Below, in pieces: positions 27,811 to 42,395 of a stretch of 42,395 nt of DNA. The notes under the pieces are model-generated. The model searched no databases. It saw only the letters and a list, made by a program, of their open reading frames with translations, and was not told the DNA's origin. The translations under genes were made by a program, and so were the position numbers. How positions within the stretch are numbered: the stretch's first letter is position 1; the number at the start of each line of letters is the position of its first letter. The stretch is from the NCBI GenBank assembly GCA_013265495.1, contig PNXW01000496.1, positions 1-42,395 of the forward strand, written 5' to 3'. The stretch is from Vicugna vicugna (Eukaryota).

Positions 27811-28161
27811 CTAACAAAACAACGTAATTTGAGTCATTTGTAAATAAAAAGAAAAAAATCAAATTTTTGCAAAAAAGGTCCAATTTTACTTTATAGAGGT
27901 AAAAAAATCTTAAGAAAATATCAGCACATCTAATCAATGATTTATTAAAGACTGATATACCATGACTACAAAAAGGCTTTATGCCAAGGATGCAAGAATG
28001 ACTCAACTGTAGAAAGTCTATTAATATAATTGTTTATATTCATACAACAATTTAATTAATAAATGAAAGAGAATAAAATACAGAACCAATCTGACAGATG
28101 TTTAAAAGGTATCTGATAACTGACAGCAGTCAGCTTTGATCAAAATGCTTTGTAAACTAAA

Positions 28162-28443
28162 CAAACAGACTCGCAGACTCAGTAAACTATCTTGTGGTTA
28201 CGGGGGGGAGGGGGTGGGAAGGGATAAATTTGGGAGTTTGAGATTTACAAATGTTAGCCACTATATATAAAAATAGATTTTTAAAAAAGTTTCTTCTGTA
28301 TAGCATAAGGAACTGTGTTCAATATCTTGTAATAACCTTTAATAAAAAAATGAAAACGAATATATGTGCGTATATGCATGACTGGGACACTATGCTGTAC
28401 CCCAGAAATCGACACACTGTAACTGACTGTACCTCAATTAAAA
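28162..28443 (+). mobile_element. Short young LINE-1 3' end with perfect 20-bp TSD
   Basis: aaaatgctttgtaaactaaa at 28142-28161 and 28444-28463; body resembles the L1 3'UTR at ~12600-12870. Confidence 0.9.
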
Positions 28444-28599
28444 AAAATGCTTTGTAAACTAAAAAAAAAGGAGACAATATGACAGAGTATTCACTGAGAA
28501 CTCACAAATAAAAGACAAATTGGGAAAAATATCAACATCATATCTAAAAAACGCCATCTAACCAACCACAGGAGAAGCTAGCGATCGCCATGACCGAGA

Positions 28600-29410
28600 G
28601 CTGCTTCCTTCTCACCCTCATCCTCACCCACCACCAAGCCCTGACAGTGACGTTGCCTAACTCTCTCTAGAATACATCCACATCCTTCCACCCAAGTGAC
28701 TGCCACACCCTGGTCCAAGCCACCTTACACCCGATTTCTACAAAAGTCTCCTAATTCGCTTCCTTGCTCTCCCATTTTTTTTTCTCCCTGCAGTGTATTC
28801 TCCACTCAGTAGCAAAATGATAGGTTGAAAATGCAAATTTGATTATGTTCCACAAGCTCATCCTCCACAATAAAAAGGTCAATGGTTTTCTTTAACTGTT
28901 AAGATACAGTCTAAAACCTGAAACATAAGCCTGCATGATCCAGCTCCTATCCTCACTTCCGGCTGCATTTTTAATGACATCCTCACTCCCCTAGAGCCCC
29001 ACTTTCCTGGCCAGTTCCATACACAGCGTGTGCTTCCTCTTGCAGGGACCCGTGCTGTTCCTTATGCCCAGAGATTTCTCTCCAATGTCCCTGTCTGGTA
29101 AATACCTACTCCTCCTCCAGATGTCAGATGTCAAATATCCCCCCAAATACCTCTGACCTCTAGGATGAGGTCAAACCGTCCTGCTAATATGCATTTCTGA
29201 CAGGTACCGCATCCCTCTCCTGGGTTCTTGTCAGAGTCATAATTCTATGGGCATTTGTGTGATTCTTGAATATCTATTCCCGCTGTAGACTGTCAGAACT
29301 CACAAAGGGCAGGCCAAGTCTTTGCTCACAAAATTTCACAAGTCTTCGTGCCAGCACCCAGCACTATGCTGAAACATAACAGATGCTCAATACATATTTT
29401 CTGAATGAAC
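28600..29410 (+). mobile_element. LINE-2 remnant
   Basis: Pyrimidine-rich, ending in an L2 3' signature (tagactgtcag...agggcagg...cagcacccagcac...atgctcaatacatatttctgaatgaa). Confidence 0.6.
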
Positions 29411-29719
29411 AAACATAAATTGGTACAGTGTAGCAACAGCTACAAAAAGCATAAGGGTGTAAATTCTTTGATTCAAAAGTTCTATTCTGAGTGAAGTTAT
29501 CTGAGACAATAGCATATATATTCAAAGATGCTCACATAGGAATGTTCATTACTTCAATGTTTTAAAATATTAAAAACTTTCCAACATTATATTCATTGGT
29601 AAGCAAAGGAAACATGCAGCCTTTAAAAGAGAACAAGGCCTCCAAATATTTTTATAGAAAGATGTCCACCATGTATTAAATTATAAACCAGAATGTCTAA
29701 GTATTACACCATCAAATCA

Positions 29720-29820
29720 CCGACTAGACTATACCATTTTACACAAGGGATCTGAATGTCTGAGGACTTTAGCATCCATGAGGGGGAAGCAGGCATCCTG
29801 GAACCAATCCCCTGCAGATT
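29720..29820 (+). mobile_element. Tigger/MER2-group DNA transposon end
   Basis: ctataccattttacacaaggga...tcctggaaccaatcccctgcagat resembles the Tigger3-type terminus. Confidence 0.5.
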
Positions 29821-30019
29821 ATATTTGTATTTTTTAAGTCTGAAAAAAGTATGTGCTAAATTGTTACTGGTGGTAGTATATGAGTGGGGGCAGGATGACT
29901 TTTTTCTTCATATATTTCTATGTTGATTGCATTTTCTGTATTCAGCTTACAATAGCTTACATTACTACTGTAAACAAAACAATTTAAACATGATCTGCCT
30001 CTTGGGGTTGGCAACTCAC

Positions 30020-30080
30020 CTGCAGATGAGGTAGCCAGTCCTGTTTAAACCATGGGTACAGTGGACACCAATAAGTCTGT
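30020..30080 (-). CDS. DUSP11: DUSP11 exon 5 (61 nt), catalytic P-loop
   Basis: RLIGVHCTHGLNRTGYLIC with intact HCX5R; TAG acceptor, GTGAGT donor. Confidence 0.95.
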
Positions 30081-30472
30081 CTACAAAACAGGCAATATGG
30101 AATTAAATGAGTGAAGTGCATATACTAAAAACAAATTATATAATTTCCTGAAGAATAGCATTTATTAGTTACCACAACAATACCACTATCTTGAAAAGGA
30201 CAAACCCTGAAGAAAAATGTTTCTGCAGGAACATACTGTAAAGAATTAACGTAAAGCCAAAATTCATTGTCTCTGGGAAATTTTGTACAGCCTCCAATTA
30301 GATGCAATGGCATAAACTGGAGAAGGTCTGGTCAGGCACTAACTGAAACAAACCCATTTGTCTTAATATAGAATGCCCCACAGGAACTGATTTGGTCATA
30401 GAGATAAGGAAGTGGGGGAGAAAACAAGAATGCAATTTGTTTTTGAGTGAAACAAATGGATTGCCTTCACTT

Positions 30473-30646
30473 AAAAATTTTTTTTTCTTTCTTTTTATTT
30501 TATTCTTTTATTGCTAACTTTTTTTTTTGGAGGGGAGGAGAATTAATTAGGTTTATTTATTTATTTCTTAATGGAGGTGCTGGGGATTGAATCCAGGACT
30601 TCATGCATGCTACGCACATACTCTACCACTGAGCTCTACTCTCCCC
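30473..30646 (-). mobile_element. tRNA-derived SINE, camelid vic-1-like
   Basis: Reverse copy of the family at 26130; 11-bp TSD tgccttcactt (30462-30472, 30647-30657). Confidence 0.85.
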
Positions 30647-30999
30647 TGCCTTCACTTTTAATACTTGATATTAAAAAAGAACAAACGGTTTCTGAAATAT
30701 TCTTAAGTCCCCAAAGCGCTTCCACCCCTTCTCTCGTTTGCAGCCCCTCACACACCACAGGTCTACGTGCCTGTCCAGTTCTCGGGCGAACAGCCCTGTT
30801 CGTACTTGGCAATGGAAAGTAAGACGTGGAGACTAAGCCCAAACTGCACCGCAGGCAAACAGAACAAAGACCAGAACCGCGTCTCAACTTTTCCCATCTA
30901 CGTCCTAGTATTCCTCAGTCCCTCATTAAAAAAAAAAATGAGGAAGTAAATAAAAAAGAACATGTAGTTGATTTCCGCAAAATTTATGTCTAGGACTAG

Positions 31000-31765
31000 A
31001 TGGTGCCTGGCAGGAAGGCATTACTCGTTACTACCTCCCTACCTCTAATCTCTTCTATTTCGACTGCTCCTCCATATGGAAGATGTCATCTTTCTAAAAT
31101 ATAAACTTGACTGGGCTGCTCCCTTCCTTAAGAATCTTCATTTAGCACAGAATGAAGCCCAAAGTTCTAGCACAGCATTTAGACCTCTTTATCAACACGT
31201 TATGAATCTGTCTCTCCAACTGAACTGTAAGTCCAAACTATGACTTAACAAGGACCTACATGAGCCACCTGCCTCCTGTCCCCTGCCAACCTACCAGATC
31301 CCATTTTCTACTGCTCTGACCTCGCTCACTCTCCTGTCCAGCCATACTGGCCTCCTCACTATTCCTCAAACGTGCCAAGCACAGTCGTGCCTCAGGGACT
31401 TTGCACCTACTATTCTCAGTGCTTTAGAACACTCCCTCCCACCCGCAGACCCTCGCAATCCCCTTCCCCGCAGATGCCCAATAGCTTGGTTTCTAACTTT
31501 CTTTAAGGCTCTGCTCAAATGACATCTTAATAGAGAAGCCTTCCCTGATCACCTACCACATTCCCTCACCTTTTTAAATTTCACTTATTACCCAAAGCAC
31601 TTATCACCACTTGACACTCCATATATTTACTTATTAATTTATCTCTCTCCCCAGCTAGAAGGTAAAGTACGCAAGGGCAGAACTTTGTCCTGTTCCTACT
31701 TCCTAGCACAGTGCCTTCAACTCAGAAGGTGTCATATAAAAACGTGCTGAAAATGAACAAACGAA
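31000..31765 (+). mobile_element. LINE-2 remnant
   Basis: ccagccatactggcctcc...gcctcagggactttgcac...ctgctcaaatgacatctt...agaagccttccctgatcacc...ctagcacagtgcc are L2 3' signatures. Confidence 0.75.
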
Positions 31766-33603
31766 TTCTTCGCCCTTTCCCAATCCCCTCTAGGCAGACC
31801 GGAGCTGCCCCTCCGCAGCACAAACTCAAGCCCTGTGCCTTCTTCTCAAGATCTGGGCTGTCCTTTCCCCATTCTGGCAAAATCCTCTTCCCCCAAGCCC
31901 AGCTCAACTGCTACCTCCTCGGTCAGGCCTTCCTCGGTCTCGCCTCCAATTTCCTGCTGCACTTAATCCTTTTATTATAATTAACCCACAAATAAACATG
32001 TAGTAACACACAGTGACACACAGTCACTACATGTTTATCTTCCTAGATAACTAAGCTTCTAAATGAACAGACTACCATTCACCTCTGTCTCCCCGTGTCC
32101 TAATAGCAAACCTCAAAGGCTCACAAAGTTTACTAACTCAGTTTATTTCCTGAGTCATTACCAATGCTGGGGAGTGGACAGCGTAGCGTCCTCCTCTTCC
32201 TTCATCAGTGAGCCTGGCATCTGTGGGAGGGGCTCCAGCAGCAGTAGCCAAAAGGGATCATAAGCCAGGTCCCGAGACTGCTATGGCAGGGAGCACAGTG
32301 AAGTCAGCCCAGCGCAGGCACAAGACCAACAGAGGGTCAGCCTCGGTACAACGTGGGAACAATCAAGACTTACAGGCGTGTTCTCATGCACTCCTAAGGA
32401 TCTCCTGGCCCTCCCGAAGCAGAGAACACTGAGGAACGGTTCCACACAAAGGAGCCTGGAAGAAGCGAGCAGCCTGCAGCTGCACCCTAACAGCTAAGAG
32501 GTAATGTTTCTGTGGCTACAGTTAATACAAATCAGATCATCTACCTCCTCTGTAGACACCCTGCTATCCCAGGCCAGGCCAAGCCTCCCAAGTTTTAAAA
32601 GTACAGGGAAGACCTGTGAATGGGGCTTAAGATATTTAAGAGCTAGTGCCTGCATTAGGCCACCAGGTTACAGTTTGAAAATTTATCTTAAAATTCTAGT
32701 CTCTCTCTCACCTCCCATCCCGTATCTTCCCGCCTCCACCTCTGTCTGCCTCCCCTACTCGCTGTTCTGTGTGTATGTATAGCATTTTATGGACACACAG
32801 AATATGCACTGTCTATCAGGTTTATTGAATAAAGTGCACACTCCTCAGGCTAAATTTAAAAAGAGGGCAAAATGAGTACTTTGTCCTGTGGGTCAGTGGC
32901 TTTCCAAAGACAAGATTCCTCCATCTTAAAGTATGGCAAATATCACCTTCTTTCTGATAGTTAGATGCCAGAAAAAGGCAAGGGGAGCTTTAAAATTCAG
33001 AAGCTATTCAGGTCTAATTTCAACAGAGTAAGGTAGATCTTAAAGCAGAACAAGAAAACACCAGCCTTTTTAAGTTCTTCCTGCCTGAAGAATAAGAGTT
33101 TGTAGTGTCTTTCCTCACGGGCACCCAAAGTGGGAAGAAAAAACCCCCAGCAGAACTATCTTAAACACACATGATGAAGATTACACTCCCCTGGTCCACT
33201 CTGTTTTGTTTTGCTTCTAGGGGTCTGTCTCACTCCACAATTTTGCTTTCTGTTTTCTCTTTTATATACGCTAAAAACTGGAGATTCTTAATTTCCTCTT
33301 CTGCCTCTCAACTCTTAACCAATAAATAGGACAGAAGAATATTTTTATTTTATTATAAATTTCTCATTCAAATGTTTTTAAAAGAGGTAAGTAAACCAGT
33401 TCAGTACCTATTTCTCTTTCCAAACCAAATGGTTTGAAATCATAAAAAGGAAAAACACCTAATTCAATTAGCATCATATGACATTTCCACCTTAACGTTA
33501 TCAAACACAACAGGCCTAATGTCAGAAATATCAAAAATATTAAAAATCCCCAACCCCATTCAAAATGCACACCAAAGGTCAGATAAGGGAAAAAAAACCT
33601 CCC

Positions 33604-33727
33604 CATTATCTTTATTCTCTTTCAAAAACCCATTAACAGTACATTCGAATTTAAAAACAGTGCCATCATCAAGTATCTGATGCCCAACTGTATAAATTTT
33701 TAAATAAAGAACAGTTTCTGCTAAGTC
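33604..33727 (-). pseudogene. DUSP11: DUSP11 exon 4 homolog (124 nt), diverged, with GG in place of the GT donor
   Basis: DLAETVLYLKIYTVGHQILDDGTVFKFECTVNGFLKENKDN; TAG acceptor intact; exon followed by GGGAGG. Confidence 0.8.
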
Positions 33728-34129
33728 CTAGAAAGCAAACCATGAAAATGTATATTATTTCATTTGTAGGGAAAGAATAAAAAATTAATTATTAGAGGAG
33801 GCAGAATAATAAATCAAGAGATTATATTAAACTTAATATGTCAGTCATTCTGATAAAAGAGCCATTTTTTTCCAAAGCAGCTTTGCCCAGGAAGTGTCAC
33901 TTGATTTCCATTAAAACTACAGAATGGGCGGTGACTAGGCACACAGAAGGAAAAGCCAAGTCCATGTAAGTGAATGCATGTAAACAGTCCTGCCTAATAT
34001 CTTACATGCCAAGGGCCATGAAGCAGCTGTGATCTAAGCAGAACACAGTCAGAAGAACTTAGATTTGAACTGGGAAACAGAGCTGGTTGAGAACTGGTTA
34101 TTCCTGGGGTGGGAGACCGTAGATACCAG

Positions 34130-34973
34130 TAAAACACAGATGAGATGAAGTGGAAACTCTGCAGTATCATTATCAACCTATGATGTACTTTATATTAAAA
34201 ACAAACATATAAACACATTTCCTAGCTCTGACCACTGAAAAAGCCTAGAAGCAGCTGTCATGTCACATCATGTCATGTCAAAAGGACTCAGGAGCCAAAC
34301 TGAGAAGCTGCAACTGGCCGAAGACAGGGGACTCAGTTAGAAAACTGGCTGTAGTGGAGTTCACAGTGAAATGCAGAAAATTACTTAAGTAAATAGACAG
34401 ACAAACACGTAAATAAACAAACAGGTCACCCCTGGAGGACATTTAAGAATCAACACATTATTCTGAAAGCCAACTCATCATTTTTATTCTAAGAAAAGGG
34501 GAGAATCACGCCTCCATATAACCGGGCAGCCAAACGGCTGATGAGGGGAACCTTCTCTTGATAGAAACACACGCTGCTAATAAGGGAAAAAGGAATAACA
34601 GGATTCACCAGTTTTTGAAGCCCCAGATGAGTTAGTGGATGCAGGTGTCAATCATCAGTGACTGCTGATACCACAGAAAGAGACAATCAAGTCTCCACAG
34701 AACACATCCTCACCTATGAAACTGTGTCCCTCCCCCTCAAAAAATTAAAAATAAAAATTCAAGCTTCATTCTGATCAAGTCTCCAGGTCCAACTACCCAT
34801 CTACAGGAAATAAAAGCATTGAAAAATATGTTAACAATACATGCAATGCGATCATCGAAATCTAGACGAGGCAAACTACCTAGTTTCTTTTAAAAACTAA
34901 TTCAAAGAGGGAAAAAAAAGTGAGAGAGGCATGGAGGGAGAACATACCGATTAAGTAAGAGTTCAGAGACCTA
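34130..34973 (+). mobile_element. Old L1M 3'UTR-like remnant in DUSP11 intron 3
   Basis: catttcctagctctgaccactgaaaaagcctagaagca and tctgatcaagtctccaggtccaactac...tacaggaaata resemble L1MC/MD 3' regions. Confidence 0.5.
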
Positions 34974-36744
<1,771 letters not shown>

Positions 36745-36759
36745 GATTACAGAGACCTA

Positions 36760-38018
<1,259 letters not shown>

Positions 38019-38702
38019 TGACTTGCTTTAAGAATTGGCCCCATGTGTGTCAGTTTCTTCCAAGTGTGTGTTCTCACGGAACTGGAGAGGGGCAGTTGTC
38101 CCACAGGCCTAGAAGAAGACAGAACACTGACTCCTGGGAATAATTGCATTACCACCCTTAGGGGACCCTGCTTTAGGGCCAAGGTGACTCCCCAGCAGAG
38201 GCAGTCTGGAGAGCCATCTGTCTGTCCACAAAGGAGCAGATGTAAAAGTTGTGAGTGGGGGTCTGTCTCAGTTTGGAGAATTCATCGAGTCTCATTACCA
38301 GTAGGGGGGGGATGGCCCTGCTTAAGCACAGAGTGATTCAAGACATGAGGAATTCGATTTCCAGTCCCTGGGTCTCTGTCAGTTCACCTTAGAGTGCGAA
38401 TCCAAGTTTTATGTGGAGACAAATCTGAGCCTATGCAGGGCTCAGAGTAGTCCTGGCTCTCTTGATCTTTGATATGGGCCAGCATTGGAGTGAGGCAATC
38501 AGGTTACTTGGAAAAACAATTTAAGGAGGAACTCACTCTCAGGTTCAAACGGGGAGCTCCAACACGTCCAAGAGGGAATGCCTCCTTAAATTTCGTGTCT
38601 GCTCCACACCAAGCTCTTGGTTAGTCCCTATTTAGCTTTGGCTAGTCCCTCCCCACCCTCTATGTGGGCAAGGCTTCCACTGACAGGCCAGCATTCTCTG
38701 CT

Positions 38703-38880
38703 ATGTCACTGTGGTTTCTACTCAGCACCCCAGTCTGGGGTCCCGGCTCCGTCCTCCTCACGGTGGTCCTCCTGCTTAGACTAAGTGTGTGTATCTGGCA
38801 TAAGTGTTATCTCTGGGACCTCCAGCACTGCTCCACAGACCTGACCGGGAAGACGGCAGTGGTGACTGGGGCCAACAGTG
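38703..38880 (+). CDS. RDH11-14/DHRS13-like short-chain dehydrogenase, exon 1
   Basis: ATG 38703; hydrophobic N-terminal anchor; DLTGKTAVVTGANS-G|GTGAGT (phase 1). Confidence 0.8.
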
Positions 38881-39052
38881 GTGAGTGCTCATCCTGCCCT
38901 GTCACCTCACATGGGCCACAGCCTCCAACAGCCCCAACAGGGGGGGCAGAGAGGAGGATCAGCACCCTCTCTCACACCCTTGTCTCTCCCCTTGGTCCGC
39001 TGCCCTCTCCGCACTCCCCGGACCAGCCTTCTCTGAAGCTGCCCTCCCACAG

Positions 39053-39291
39053 GATCGGGAAGAGCGTGTCCCAGGAGCTGGCCCGCCGCGGGGCGCGTGT
39101 GATCCTGGCCTGCCGCAGCCGTGAGCGTGGACAGCAAGCCCTGGCCGAGATACGAGCAGCCTCACAGAGCAACCAGCTCCTGCTTGGTGAGGTGGACATG
39201 AGCTCGATGGCCTCCATCCGGAGCTTTGCTCAGTGGCTTCTGCGCGAGCATCCAGAGATACACCTGCTGGTTAACAATGCTGCAGTCTGCG
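39053..39291 (+). CDS. SDR exon 2 (239 nt; 1 nt short of the phase needed to join exon 1)
   Basis: IGKSVSQELARRGARVILACRSRERG...IHLLVNNAAVC-G|GTGTGT; acceptor CAG|G ATC. Confidence 0.75.
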
Positions 39292-39594
39292 GTGTGTGTC
39301 TTCACTTACTTCCCTTAAACACATTTCAGGAGCCTCCTTTCTGGCTCAGGGACCCCAAAACAGGCATCCCCCAAGCCTAACCTGTATATCCTGTGGAAAC
39401 ACTCTTCATTCGGACACTGTCCTATTGGACACTGAAGCTACCTTAAGTTGTAGCTTCATACTTCACTGCCCCGATGTTGACACATACATGCTCCTGTGGC
39501 TTTTCTACTGAACCCCTATATATCCTCCCCAGTCATCATGTCCCTCAGGGCTATCATTTCATCACCCACCACCTATGTTTTCATCTCCTCCCAG

Positions 39595-39684
39595 GATTGC
39601 CCACAACACGTACCCCAGAGGGCCTTGATGTCACCTTTGCCACCAACTACACTGGACCCTTTCTGCTCACAAATCTGCTCCAAG
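39595..39684 (+). CDS. SDR exon 3 (90 nt)
   Basis: LPTTRTPEGLDVTFATNYTGPFLLTNLLQ; CAG acceptor, GTAAGG donor, phase 1/1. Confidence 0.85.
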
Positions 39685-41840
39685 GTAAGGAAGGATGGTT
39701 GCTTATTGTCTGTGCTGCCCCTGTGTCTTCATTCCTCTGGCATTTTCATGTCTTACTGCCTCCCATGGGCCCCAGATGCTTGCTGAACGATGCCCCAGTA
39801 CACTTTTGCTGGACACAGCAGGGGAACCCACTTGGCACCAGCCAGATTTAGGAGGCTGGTAATGGAATCAGTCAGCCCCAAATAAAAGCAACAAGAAGTA
39901 AGATCTATACAGGCCGCCTCCCCATCCCCCAGGTCTGAGTACTAGCCCGACCAGGAGTCACTCATCTCAGCAAAAGCTTTCTGGGTCACTGGGCTGCTAG
40001 GATTAAGGACGTTCTCCCTGGGGAGGTGGGGGAGGGTGGCAGGCACATCCTCCCTAACAATGTTTTCTAGATGGTCTAATGACCTCTTAAAAAGCAAATT
40101 AATTTTTGGCCAGGTAATACACTTCCAAAGTACAAAATCGAAAGCGCGAAAGTATACAAAAGGATATGCAGAAAAAAAAAGAAAAAAAGGAAGAAAAGGA
40201 AGTCTCCTCTCCTTGAAAAGCAGCTCCCCATCCCCCTCCTGGGGGGAGCTGCCATTGCCAGGGTCTCATGTTCCCTTTTAGTGAGCAATTAAAGAAACCC
40301 CAACGGGAAAGTGCAGAAAGTGCAGGGTCAAACTCAGTGCATCTGCAAGTATAAAATTTTCTTCCCCCTTTCCAAAAAGTGTACTATGCTACAACAACCT
40401 ATGTGTACTTTGCTTAATAATAGTTCCTTAAACTGTCTTCTCTCCTGTCTTCCCTCCTGCCACTAAATCACCGTTCATCATACCACTGTCTTGCTTCAGG
40501 TCCTTTGAAGGTAGTCTACGCTTTATAGATATAAAACCTAAGCTGCTTCTCTCCACTTACAAGTCCCTCTGCAGACTGAGAGCCTCACCGTTGCCTTTCC
40601 CAGACCTACACTCTTGTCACCAGCCAGCCAATGTGTATCTCTTGGACCACAGTCCTTTTTGAATTCTGGCTGCGCTTTTGCACATCGGTTTCCCTTTATC
40701 TGGAATATCCCTTCCCATCCCTTTAAGGCAGAGTAGCTTTAGCTCAGCTGCCAACACTCAGCCCAGATACCGCTTGTGCTGTGGACTCTGCCCTGACCCC
40801 TCTGCCTCCCCAGCTGCCCCCATTTCCAGGGCTCCCTTCGCCCCTGTGCCCATCTCTGTTCCTGCACTGACGCTGCTGCATGAAGATCAGCCTCCAGCTT
40901 GGCTGTGAGCCCCTTTGGCCTTTATGTCACTGTGTCTGCAAGTTTGGGGTTCATTGTCTTCTTTAAGAATAATTTTCTCTCCAACAACTTTTGGCTACAT
41001 ACCTCCTGCTCAACTTTTCATTTGTGATTCTTCCTTTAAATGTAGGCTCAAGACAGTTTTAGCATTTTGAAACAACAGGCAAACTCATATGTGACGGCTA
41101 GTATTTTTCATACTTTATATAATCCAGACTTTTTTTTTATTATAGTTACGTACTCTGTTTTCTTTTTCTTTTTTAAGATTTAACTTGTTCTCTTGAGAGT
41201 AATTATACTTTACTTTCTTTTTTTGAAGGTAGTTTAAATATTTTTTAAAGCCCCGCTTTTCCAACTATCTCTGCATACGTTTCTTGTCCCTTAAACTTAG
41301 CACCCATATGTCCTTAGCACGTAGTTTGTGTCTTTCATAGTCCAGGGGCCTAATGGGTATAGTTCTGCGATGAATAAGTAAGTGACTGAATCTATGAATG
41401 TGTGAAAGACAGCTTTCACAGCGTTTCCAGTCTCTCCTTCCCTCTCTTAGCCGTCAGTGAGATAAAAACATGAACCAGGGTCAATTGCATTACCTCCAGC
41501 TGGCAGGTGAGAAGAGCAAGGCAAAACCCCACTTTTATTTTAGACAAATAAACCAAAAAACTGCAACAAAGACCAAAAAACAAAACCCCCAAACAAAACA
41601 TAAGACACACTGAAATACAAGAGGAAAAGCGTGAGGAAAGCAGCTGGAACGGAAACGCAGCCTCTGGCACACCCAGCTCCCCGCGCCTCACCTGGGCGCC
41701 TGCGCGGGGGCCGCGCTCCTGACAGCCCAGGAGGGGCCCCGCCCCCCCCGGGGGGGCTCCTGGAGAAGCAGGCTGGGGGGCGGGCGTGGGCGTGAACTCC
41801 CGGCCTTGCCCTGAGAGTGTGTGGTCCTCTCTCCTCCCAG

Positions 41841-42029
41841 GGGCCCTACAACGGGCGGGGGCAGCCCGAGTGGTCAACGTGTCTTCCTTCCGGCAAGAGA
41901 AAGGGTACATTGACGAGAAACATCTGACAGGGGCTGGTAGACCTTTGACCTTCAACCAGAACTATGACTGCAGCAAACTGCTTTTGGCCTCATTCACTGG
42001 GAAGCTTGCCCAGAGACTTCAAGGGACAG
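41841..42029 (+). CDS. SDR exon 4 (189 nt) with catalytic Ser and YxxxK; the gene presumably continues past the window
   Basis: ALQRAGAARVVNVSS...NYDCSKLLLASFTGKLAQRLQGT-G|GTAATT; CAG acceptor. Confidence 0.85.
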
Positions 42030-42395
42030 GTAATTGCCCCTGGCGGCCCCTCCTCCTCCACTGCCAGGGCTTCCTCCCAGTCTTTCGCATCTCATCCCAG
42101 TATGTTCTGACCATGAAATATTCCCAGTATCCCCCCAGCCAGCTGTTAACCTCCACCCTTTGTCATCTGTGCGCCCTCTATTTCTCTCAACCCCATCTTC
42201 ACGTCTCCATTTAACCCTTTTTCCTCATCACCCACAACTCCCTCTCTCCCAGTATTTTCCAATACCAACGCCATCCATCGTGTTTCCCCTAAAGTTCACC
42301 CCGCGCTTTCAAATAATTAAGTCCGCTTCCTGGCTCGGACATCGCCATTTATGTGAGTTACAGATCCCTGACTTCTGGCACCACCTCGAGTCCCT

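Noticed and set aside
41416..41955. 179-aa minus ORF and GC-rich patch before SDR exon 4
   Set aside because: Antisense to the SDR exon and low-complexity; no independent evidence of coding or promoter function.

Overview
Mammalian genomic DNA, very probably camelid: two tRNA-derived SINEs match what I recall of the camelid vic-1 family. It is syntenic with the human 2p13 NAT8-TPRKB-DUSP11 region. Left to right it holds: a CpG-island promoter (~380-1060); an intact NAT8-family acetyltransferase (minus, CDS 2863-2159) with an HNF1/CCAAT promoter; an L1-rich block; and a complete TPRKB gene (minus, four coding exons, 175 aa) whose first intron holds an apparently perfect 507-bp tandem duplication and two LTRs. 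Next come DUSP11 exons 9-5 (minus, intact, HCTHGLNRT active site), then a diverged exon 4 with a GG in place of the GT donor, and no exons 1-3. In their place lie a near full-length RPIA processed pseudogene and, directly against its 3' target-site duplication, a 5'-truncated, intron-containing C2orf81-like pseudogene. The window ends in an RDH/DHRS13-like short-chain dehydrogenase gene (plus, four exons seen, 1-nt phase defect at exon 2). The most notable feature is the rearranged DUSP11 5' end, which could be gene decapitation, a decayed duplicate nested in an intron, or a misassembly. I see no evidence for a wholly new biological system. All homology calls are from remembered protein sequences, not database searches.
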